From assembly GCA_002726845.1 (NCBI GenBank), contig PBSP01000065.1, positions 1 to 34,667 of the forward strand: a DNA stretch of 34,667 bases, given 5' to 3'. The notes under the pieces were generated by a model. That model was not told the origin of the DNA. It saw nothing but the letters and a program-made list of their open reading frames with translations, and made no database searches. Positions 8,799-16,527 of the stretch are shown piece after piece. This DNA comes from Methanobacteriota archaeon (GTDB taxonomy: Archaea > Thermoplasmatota > Poseidoniia > Poseidoniales > Poseidoniaceae). Position 1 is the stretch's first letter, and every line of letters starts with the position of its first letter. A program made the translations under genes and the position numbers.

Positions 8799-10103
8799 CA
8801 ATCGGTCCAGGAACATTGGGTCTGCAATTTGGTGAAGATTTGGTCCCTCAACGACTCCGCCCGTTTTCGTGGCAAGCAGAACGGCAGTCATCTGAATGCG
8901 GTGATCGTCGGATGTTCGAATCGGCTCCGTCGGTTTCTTTAATCGTTGATTTCCTTCTATAGAAAGGCCATCATCCTCAATTTTACACGAAAGTCCGAAC
9001 GATTTGAGGAGGGTTGCTGTGGATTTAATGCGGTTGCTTTCTTTGTATTTGGCGTGTTGAGCACCACGCAATCGGCCACCACCTGAAAGGGCGAGAATCG
9101 CCGCCAAAGGTGGAAGCAAGTCGTTAGCATCTCGCAAATCAATATCAACGTACTGAACATCATTGTTGTGAGTTAGGACTCCATCCAAATCCTGAATTCC
9201 AAAAGCGCACAAATGAGTCATTAGTATCTCATGACCGAGTGCATCATCGGGTAGGACTGGATTTTGAATCGTAATCGATTGTTGAGTCAACGAACATGCA
9301 AGGATTGGGAATGCCATCATTGAAGCATCTGGGGGTACATGCCATTCTTCTGGTGGATTCGATGACCAAGCCTGTATTGTTGTTTTGTTGTTTTCGATGA
9401 CGAATTTTGCACCGCTTTCTTGCATTAACTTGAGTGTTAGTTCGGCATGCCGACGACTCACGCCTTCACCAATCGTTTCGACAGTCATCGGTTCTTGCAA
9501 ATCGGAGGTTGAGAGCAATAAACTGGAGAACGGTTGCGACGAACGACTCACATCAACGCGAAGTTTGTTGTCTTGCCAAGGACCATTCATTGTAATTGGT
9601 AGGGTTCCTTCACTCGCCGTTTCGGACACTTTTACACCAACTCCTACAAGTGCATCGAGAAGATCGGAGTGGTGCCGATTTCGTAAGCTGGAATCACCAT
9701 CAAGAGTGTTGGTAAAATCGAGTCGAGAACATAAGCCAATAAGGAATCTCAAAGACGTTCCAGAATTACCGGCGTTCAATACATCCGCTGTTGGTTCAAA
9801 CCGCCGCATTCCTCTACCAACAATTTTCATGCCATCACCGATTTGCTCAAATGTTGTACCAAGGCGGGTTAAACATTGCCGCATACTTTCTGCATCGTCG
9901 CCAAGTTGGTTGAATCCGAGCAATGTATGTTCTTTGTTACTTAGAGCACACAAATACAACATACGGATAAGATGGCTCTTTGAAGGGGGAAGAACCCATG
10001 GTGCATTTTTAATCGTGGAAGGTTGGATTTCAAGAGCAGGAATATCGATTGAATTCTGAATCTTCCCGCTAGGCTCACCGTGGTTTACCTCGGTGTTGCC
10101 CAT
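8757..10103 (-). CDS. aroA: 3-phosphoshikimate 1-carboxyvinyltransferase (EPSP synthase)
   Basis: PPSKSHLIR, NAGNSGTSLRF, SSQ, KESNRI, DDHRIQM motifs. Confidence 0.88.
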   Translation of the reverse strand: MGNTEVNHGEPSGKIQNSIDIPALEIQPSTIKNAPWVLPPSKSHLIRMLYLCALSNKEHTLLGFNQLGDDAESMRQCLTRLGTTFEQIGDGMKIVGRGMRRFEPTADVLNAGNSGTSLRFLIGLCSRLDFTNTLDGDSSLRNRHHSDLLDALVGVGVKVSETASEGTLPITMNGPWQDNKLRVDVSRSSQPFSSLLLSTSDLQEPMTVETIGEGVSRRHAELTLKLMQESGAKFVIENNKTTIQAWSSNPPEEWHVPPDASMMAFPILACSLTQQSITIQNPVLPDDALGHEILMTHLCAFGIQDLDGVLTHNNDVQYVDIDLRDANDLLPPLAAILALSGGGRLRGAQHAKYKESNRIKSTATLLKSFGLSCKIEDDGLSIEGNQRLKKPTEPIRTSDDHRIQMTAVLLATKTGGVVEGPNLHQIADPMFLDRLSSMPTEVLVKRVQ

Positions 10104-10173
10104 GAATCTCCCAGAAAATCATATCAGATGAAGGCTTGCAAACATTCACAACACAAAACCAACTGGTTGTTCC

Positions 10174-11175
10174 ATGGCTATTGAGGATACACACAATCGT
10201 CCTCTCCTAGACCTACGAATTTCAGTAACCGATCGGTGCAACATGCGATGCCGTTATTGCATGCCAAGAGAACATTTTGATCGAAACCATCGGTATTTGC
10301 CGAAAGAGGATATTCTGAGTTTTGAGGAAATCGTGTGTGTGGTCAAGGCATTGATTCCACAAGGCCTTCGTAAAGTACGCCTGACGGGAGGCGAACCTCT
10401 TCTGCGCCGGGATTTGCATGAATTAATCCACCAGATACGCTCGTGCTCTCCAGAACTCGATATTGCAATTACAACAAACGGTTTGCTGCTGAAAAAACAT
10501 TTGAATCAATTGCATCAGGCGGGATTAAGTCGGGTAACGGTATCTTTGGATTCCTTGGACGAGAAGATCTTTCAATCCATGGGCGATACCAAAGCCCACC
10601 CATCTATTGTTCTCGACGCTATCGATGCAGCCCAAAATATCGGTCTTCCGGTGAAAATCAATACGGTTGTCAAAAAAGGCGTCAACGATCAACATGTTGT
10701 TTCAATGGTTGAAGCATTTGGGCCTCGCAACATCCCCGTTCGATTCATCGAATTTATGGACGTGGGAACGACCAATGACTGGAATCTAGAGAACGTTGTA
10801 TCAGCAGATACAATGCGTTCATCTCTTGCGCGTCATTTTGGCCCTCTTCGACCTCGCCAACCAATCCATAAAAGTGATGTTGCAAATGTTTACACGACGA
10901 AGGAAGGCTGGAGCATTGGTTTCATCGAATCCATCACAAATCCATTTTGCGGTGATTGTACACGCGCACGGCTTTCAGCAAACGGCAGCATCTACACCTG
11001 CCTTTTTTCAAACAAAGGTCAAGATGTAAGGGGTATTTTGCGTATGGGTGGCACGCCAGGAGACATCTCACAAGCTATTCAATCGATTTGGATGAATCGA
11101 ACAGATCGATATTCTGAGCGACGAACAGAACAAACCAAACGCCTGAAGGTAGAAATGTCGTATATTGGTGGTTGA
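10174..11175 (+). CDS. moaA: GTP 3',8-cyclase (molybdenum cofactor biosynthesis, radical SAM)
   Basis: LRISVTDRCNMRCRYCMP, TGGEPLLR, RFIEFMDVG, FCGDCTRARL...CLF, C-terminal MSYIGG. Confidence 0.95.
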   Translation: MAIEDTHNRPLLDLRISVTDRCNMRCRYCMPREHFDRNHRYLPKEDILSFEEIVCVVKALIPQGLRKVRLTGGEPLLRRDLHELIHQIRSCSPELDIAITTNGLLLKKHLNQLHQAGLSRVTVSLDSLDEKIFQSMGDTKAHPSIVLDAIDAAQNIGLPVKINTVVKKGVNDQHVVSMVEAFGPRNIPVRFIEFMDVGTTNDWNLENVVSADTMRSSLARHFGPLRPRQPIHKSDVANVYTTKEGWSIGFIESITNPFCGDCTRARLSANGSIYTCLFSNKGQDVRGILRMGGTPGDISQAIQSIWMNRTDRYSERRTEQTKRLKVEMSYIGG

Positions 11176-11181
11176 ATCACA

Positions 11182-11964
11182 ATGCTTGAAGAGGATGAAG
11201 CAACGTCAGAAGACATGAACGCAGAACAAACCATACCATTGTTCGTTTTACCATCTGGAATCTTTCCAACAGTGAGCGAATCGCTACGTGTTTTCGAACC
11301 CAGATACAAGCAAATGCTTGATGATTGCACAATTGATGAACACCCATTCGGTTATATCGCACACGACCCTGATTCGGAATCCATCGATGGGTGGTCTCAA
11401 CCCTCCACATTTGGAGTGTTGTGCACGCTTGAAGACATGCGCGAGCAAGGAACGAATCTTACATTTACGGCTAACGGTAACCAGAGGTTTGAGGTTCTCG
11501 ATGTGGTACAATCCGCTCTACCTTCGATGCCATTCGGCGATGTGTACCCCAGCGTTGATGATTTGGTAGAACAATACGCAGATGACTCCCCAAAAGGGAA
11601 GTTGTATCTGCGAGCGAAAATCAGGTTACTTGATGAACTCGAAGGTGAACTTACTGCTGAACATTGGGCATCCTTCCTTCACGATTGGGCTCAACACATT
11701 GTTGATGTTAACTCAATTTTCCGAGACGATCAGATTGAACTTGAACAAATGCTTCTTATTCTTGAAGAAGAATTTCTGCCGTACGAAACTTCTTCTCTTT
11801 GGCAGGTCGCCAATGCAGTGCTGGACAAACAAGAAGACCGTCAATCCGCTCTTCGCTCATCGTCATCAGAGGATGTGTTTGAAATCCTTCAGACCGCATT
11901 GAGTGAAAAAAACGCTCAACTCAATTTCATTCGCACGCTGAGTGATGCGGACGACCAATCATGA
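11182..11964 (+). CDS. Stand-alone LON peptidase substrate-binding (N-terminal) domain protein
   Basis: IPLFVL..GIFP....LRVFEPRYKQMLDDC and G..RFEV motifs typical of LON_substr_bdg. No AAA+ or protease domain. Confidence 0.8.
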   Translation: MLEEDEATSEDMNAEQTIPLFVLPSGIFPTVSESLRVFEPRYKQMLDDCTIDEHPFGYIAHDPDSESIDGWSQPSTFGVLCTLEDMREQGTNLTFTANGNQRFEVLDVVQSALPSMPFGDVYPSVDDLVEQYADDSPKGKLYLRAKIRLLDELEGELTAEHWASFLHDWAQHIVDVNSIFRDDQIELEQMLLILEEEFLPYETSSLWQVANAVLDKQEDRQSALRSSSSEDVFEILQTALSEKNAQLNFIRTLSDADDQS

Positions 11965-12447
11965 AACCATTGGCGGTAATTCAACACGGACAAGAACGTA
12001 CTGAATGCTTTGGTCGGACAAAGTGAAAATCCACACGCCTTCATCCGTGCCCATTTGGCTTGAATGCAGAACAAAGTAATCCCCTGCAGACATGGAGTAA
12101 CTTGCATCTCGGTCATGGAAGGATATGTTTGAACCAATTACAGAATAAACGTCTGCATCGCTTACAATGCCTGTGAAAGAGGAATTACTGCTTGCGCCTT
12201 GTTCTTGAAGGTTGAAGGAAATAAAGCCTGGATCGAGGGTTTGATCCAAACTTGTGATTCGAATGACATGATATCCATTGTCAAGAGATCTGACGCTAAC
12301 GGTCATTTGTGGGGGAGCCTTTTCTGCTGTGTTTAGAGCACCTTGCATGAGTACGAAGACCATACCAGAGAGCATAACGGTGATGGCAAGAAGGAGAACG
12401 GTCGCTATAACAGGGCTGACCGCCTCGTCTTCTATCCGTTCTCTCAT
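11959..12447 (-). CDS. Archaeal type IV pilin (DUF1628/Pilin_N-like)
   Basis: MRERIEDEA|VSPVIATVLLLAITVMLSGMVF is a class III signal peptide/pilin N-terminal helix, followed by a beta-rich domain with N-x-S/T sequons (NSS, NIS) and a GD motif. Confidence 0.85.
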   Translation of the reverse strand: MRERIEDEAVSPVIATVLLLAITVMLSGMVFVLMQGALNTAEKAPPQMTVSVRSLDNGYHVIRITSLDQTLDPGFISFNLQEQGASSNSSFTGIVSDADVYSVIGSNISFHDRDASYSMSAGDYFVLHSSQMGTDEGVWIFTLSDQSIQYVLVRVELPPMVS

Positions 12448-12502
12448 CAAATTCAACCAACGGGTCGTCTTTATTCAAAACACCGATGGAATCGAGCGAA
12501 AA

Positions 12503-13603
12503 TCACAGAATAAAGAACATTCTTTTGCAGGTTACGGCTCTCCAAACGATTCCTTTTGTCAGTCTATTGAAAAGCAGGTTCAACATCCAATTTGGAAGAC
12601 GAAACATCAAGGAACCTATTTTGAAGGACCGTTTCGAGTTTTTCATAACCTTCCCCATTTGTTTTTTCCAAATATCCTCATACGTTGACAACGGAACATT
12701 GTTTTCGAGATGTTCATGGATGACTTCACCAGCAATTCGCCCTCCAATCATTGCAATGGTGATCCCTGCTCCATTGGAAGGGAGCACCATTCCAGCTGAA
12801 TCGCCAACCAACATGAAGTTGCCTTTGACGAAGGATTTCAGTGTTCCAGACATTGGTAGCCCGCCAGCTCCATTGAAGGTGGTTTCACCGTCGTATTTGG
12901 ATATGAAATTATCAGCGTAATGGTTGAGTGTTTTTCCTTTTGCAAAAGATCGTTGTATGCCTAAACCGATGTTGGCACCACCCGTTTTAGGAAACATCCA
13001 AGCATAGCCCCCAGGTGCGACTGAGCCAAAATGCAACTCTACCGCATCACCAAAGTTGCCATCCATTAAACAGAATTTTACTGGAATTGTGGTCGATTTC
13101 TCGTCCCAATATTCTCTTCGAATTGGTCCATTATGTCCACCAGCGTCAACAATCACTTTCGCGGTAAGCGTGGTTCCGTCTCTGAGGAAAACCGTGTTTC
13201 CTTCTGCGCGTAGTACACGTTTGCCAACCATGTAGTTTGCACCGGATTTTTTTGCGATTTTGACGAGATTTTCATCGTGAATCACACGATTCAACATCAA
13301 CCCTTCAAAACGATACTTTAGAGCTTTACCGGAAGGCGTGATAATGTGCATTTGGTCGCAGGTCATGGAAATGGCTTCATCGGGTGTTTGAAACAAATCA
13401 TCAACGTCAGGAACGTCAGGACACAATCGCTTCATTTCTTCATTGCTGGGGACCAATTCTCCACATTGAAGTGGTGAACCAATTGGGTCCCGGCCATCAA
13501 TGACGAGAACATTTACGCCTTTTTGGGCAGCATAGCGGGCTACTGTGCTGCCCGCAGGTCCTCCACCGATAACGATGGCGTCGTAATCAAACTCGCTTGA
13601 CAA
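12503..13603 (-). CDS. Geranylgeranyl reductase family FAD-dependent oxidoreductase
   Basis: GGGPAG FAD motif, CGE, PGGYAWMFPK, LVGDSAG..P..GAGI. Confidence 0.9.
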   Translation of the reverse strand: MSSEFDYDAIVIGGGPAGSTVARYAAQKGVNVLVIDGRDPIGSPLQCGELVPSNEEMKRLCPDVPDVDDLFQTPDEAISMTCDQMHIITPSGKALKYRFEGLMLNRVIHDENLVKIAKKSGANYMVGKRVLRAEGNTVFLRDGTTLTAKVIVDAGGHNGPIRREYWDEKSTTIPVKFCLMDGNFGDAVELHFGSVAPGGYAWMFPKTGGANIGLGIQRSFAKGKTLNHYADNFISKYDGETTFNGAGGLPMSGTLKSFVKGNFMLVGDSAGMVLPSNGAGITIAMIGGRIAGEVIHEHLENNVPLSTYEDIWKKQMGKVMKNSKRSFKIGSLMFRLPNWMLNLLFNRLTKGIVWRAVTCKRMFFIL

Positions 13604-13612
13604 ATCCAGCCC

Positions 13613-14596
13613 TCAATTTTCTCGTGTTTGCATTTTCTCAACAATGTTCAGAAGTAGCCTTTTTGAGTTTGTATCTGGCAAGGAATCCAGTTCTTGAATC
13701 GCTCGCTCGAGATGTGTGTGCATCAAGCATTCTGAGTAGTGGATTGAGTCCGATGTGTCCAACAGAGTCATAAGTTCGTCCCAGAGATTATCGCTAAAAT
13801 TGTTGAGAATTTCTGACAGCCGCTGTCGACGTTTGCCATGGAGTAGCGTCAGAGCATGAATAAGAGGTAGTGTCATTTTCCCCTCAATAATGTCCTTGCC
13901 GCGTAATTTGCCCATGCGCTCATCGCCTCGCAGATCGAGAAGATCGTCCATGAGTTGGAATGCTATACCCAATTCCATACCAAATCGACCGAGTGCTTTG
14001 GATTGCTCTGGAGTGGCCCCCGCAATAATTGCAGCACTTTCACAAACCGCTGAAAATGGGCCAGCGGTTTTCCCTCGAACGATTTGGAGATAGTCCTCAG
14101 GAGATGTTGATAGGTCCAAAACGTGATCGAGTTGTTTGAATTCGGAAACTGCGATGTTTGCGCATGCTTCCCGTATCAAGTCGATGCACTCTTTTGTGTA
14201 TCTTCCACTCAAACCGTATCCTTGTACAAAGAGCCAATCTCCTGCAATGATGGCTTTGGGTTGACCAATCCGTTCATGGAGTGTCATTATGCCTCTGCGA
14301 AGTTTCGCTGCGTCGTTGATGTCATCATGAATCAGTGTGGCTGTGTGAATCAATTCAAATGCGATTGCGAGATCCATAATTTCATCGATGTCTTCTCCAC
14401 CTGATGCTTCGTAGCAAAAGATTCCAAGGAGCGGTCGAAGTCGTTTACCTCCAGAAAGAAGAATTTCACCGGAAAGTTTGGCAACTTCTCCAGAACCCTT
14501 GTCAATTTCTCGTTGAATGAGTGCTTCTAGCGCCACGTTGACCTTTTCTCTCGTATCTTCAAGACGGAGAAGTTGCGCTTCTGGAATTGCTTGCAC
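13613..14596 (-). CDS. trans-Polyprenyl diphosphate synthase
   Basis: GGKRLRP, FARM LIHDDIND...RRG, KTA, SARM FQLMDDLLD, GKD..EGK.TLP. Confidence 0.93.
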   Translation of the reverse strand: MQAIPEAQLLRLEDTREKVNVALEALIQREIDKGSGEVAKLSGEILLSGGKRLRPLLGIFCYEASGGEDIDEIMDLAIAFELIHTATLIHDDINDAAKLRRGIMTLHERIGQPKAIIAGDWLFVQGYGLSGRYTKECIDLIREACANIAVSEFKQLDHVLDLSTSPEDYLQIVRGKTAGPFSAVCESAAIIAGATPEQSKALGRFGMELGIAFQLMDDLLDLRGDERMGKLRGKDIIEGKMTLPLIHALTLLHGKRRQRLSEILNNFSDNLWDELMTLLDTSDSIHYSECLMHTHLERAIQELDSLPDTNSKRLLLNIVEKMQTREN

Positions 14597-14677
14597 AATA
14601 CACTCGAAGAGGGTGTCCTTCTTAACGAGTGGGCTACGCCCATAGATTGCTGAGGGGACCTCAGCCGAGGTGAATTT

Positions 14678-15760
14678 ATGGAAGAAGAACGTTTGGTGTT
14701 TCTCTCAACGTCATCCCATGGCGATGGCGTACGTCACCAAATTGAGAAGGTACTTGAACAACGAAGTAAGTCCTTCAATGCAATTCTTCGACAAGTACCA
14801 AGCATAGGAGATGCCGTCAAACTCCTGACAGATGGGGTTGGTGATGTTGTGGCCATGAGCCCCGAGAATTGGTTGGAACATCAAGCCGATCACCTCAAAA
14901 TCATAGGATTGCTTACCCGCCGAGAACCGACCTGGGTTTTGGTGAGTGACGACAAGCCAGAATATCTAATCAAAAATGCGAACATTGTTTGCCATCATCC
15001 TCTCATAAAACGACAGATGCTGCGTTTGCGACAAGATTTCAACCTGTTGGATAAAGAACATGTTGGACTCAATGAATTTGATGCAGACTCCCGAGAGGAG
15101 ATTGAATTTCTTGAGAACCTCCGAGGAGAGGGTAAAATCGACGGTTATGTCGCAAAACGCTCGCAATACAATCTTCTTACAACGAAAACACGTCGTCATA
15201 CACTTGGATTGCACAAGGGTTCTCCTGAACGCTCGCATTTTGTTCCTCCTCCCTTGAATGGCTTCACGCTGCTCGTTGGACGAACCGGATTCCCAAAGAA
15301 CAAGATAGAACACATCATCGACTCGCCAGCAGAGTTTGCTTATCGTATTGAATCTGCTCTTGTCAGTAACGTCCCGGATGATCTCGTCGATTTTACAGGA
15401 ATTCACGTTGAACAACGAAGCATTGGAACGATTCTCAGAGAAGCCAAAGGCAACAACGACGATTGGACCATGACCGCAGTCATCGATCCAGAAAAAAAGG
15501 TACGAGACAAAGGAGTTCGGATTGAGATGAGAATTGAAACCATCAGTGTTGACGGTAAAGTTACGGCATCTGCTGAACAAATCGGTCCACCAGATAAGCA
15601 CAGAGTCGCCATGGTCAATCTTCTTCAGGAATGGAGCAGTATGTTGACTACCCTAACTTCGGATCATAACGCCACAAAACGCAGGATAAGAAACATGCCT
15701 GATGCGTTTCATGACGAGCGTCCTGCGATGATGCGAATTCATTCCGACGAATCGGAGTAA
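14678..15760 (+). CDS. HemC (porphobilinogen deaminase)-like protein, probably catalytically inactive
   Basis: Ordered HemC-like segments (LLTDGVGDVVAMS, RREPTWVLVS, KRQML, GKIDGYV, FVPPPLNG, RIESAL) without the catalytic or cofactor residues. Strong GAGGTGA RBS. Confidence 0.6.
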   Translation: MEEERLVFLSTSSHGDGVRHQIEKVLEQRSKSFNAILRQVPSIGDAVKLLTDGVGDVVAMSPENWLEHQADHLKIIGLLTRREPTWVLVSDDKPEYLIKNANIVCHHPLIKRQMLRLRQDFNLLDKEHVGLNEFDADSREEIEFLENLRGEGKIDGYVAKRSQYNLLTTKTRRHTLGLHKGSPERSHFVPPPLNGFTLLVGRTGFPKNKIEHIIDSPAEFAYRIESALVSNVPDDLVDFTGIHVEQRSIGTILREAKGNNDDWTMTAVIDPEKKVRDKGVRIEMRIETISVDGKVTASAEQIGPPDKHRVAMVNLLQEWSSMLTTLTSDHNATKRRIRNMPDAFHDERPAMMRIHSDESE

Positions 15761-16356
15761 CCAAGTTGACGCCTTGCCTCATCGAGTGATTGTTCGTTTT
15801 TGTTTTCACCAACTAGGACGATTTCAAAACCGTTTTCTGTCAGGTATTTTTCCAACTCAATGAGTGCTACATCGGGATTGGGATCGCACAGATTGGCAAT
15901 AATTTCGTCAATCTCTCTTCCAGTTGCCTCCCAGCCACCAGCAGCTTTTTGCAACTCAATTGCAAATCGTTCAACGATTTCAACCGCAGATCGGCTTGGC
16001 GTTTGTGCCTCTCGCAGTGAGGCTGCAACCGTTTCGTGTTGTTCACGAAGTTGTTGAATTTCGACAAGCGTCGATTGAAGAACGCCTCTGAATTCCTCGA
16101 GGTTGTTGTTTTTGGAATACCGTCGATGTGCTTTGTCCAATTTTCCACTGATTGAGGATGCACCAGCTGCAATTGCTTCTTTCGCCTTCACCGCTTGAAC
16201 GATAGCTTCGCTTGCGAGTTGGATTCGTTGACTTAGCGTATCGTTGAAACGCCTTGTTTGATCGGCGACATCTCTTCGCACAATTTCACGAAGCGTGTTA
16301 CCAAGTTCGTTGGCTTCTTTGAGCATGGTCTTTGCTGCTTTTTCTGCTGACACCAT
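15739..16356 (-). CDS. Hypothetical alpha-helical/coiled-coil protein
   Basis: 205 aa ORF with GGTGA RBS, A/E/K/R/L-rich heptad-like composition, no TM segment. Confidence 0.75.
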   Translation of the reverse strand: MVSAEKAAKTMLKEANELGNTLREIVRRDVADQTRRFNDTLSQRIQLASEAIVQAVKAKEAIAAGASSISGKLDKAHRRYSKNNNLEEFRGVLQSTLVEIQQLREQHETVAASLREAQTPSRSAVEIVERFAIELQKAAGGWEATGREIDEIIANLCDPNPDVALIELEKYLTENGFEIVLVGENKNEQSLDEARRQLGYSDSSE

Positions 16357-16527
16357 TCCATCACCGTCAAACCCTGCGTGTCGAACGTGTTTGAAGGTTT
16401 AGTCAAAGAAAGGCAAAAATTTGCGTTCTCTCGCTCGAAACAATCGAAGCCGAAAACGGCTCATTGATGCCAATTTGACAGCGAAACCACATATACTGTA
16501 AGGAAACAACCAAGCATAGGTGAACTG

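Noticed and set aside
9385..10059. Long antisense ORFs (e.g. 9385-10059, 14966-15601, 2086-2637, 8199-8732, 18916-19446, 33045-33578)
   Set aside because: They lie essentially opposite well-supported genes, with no motifs and atypical composition.
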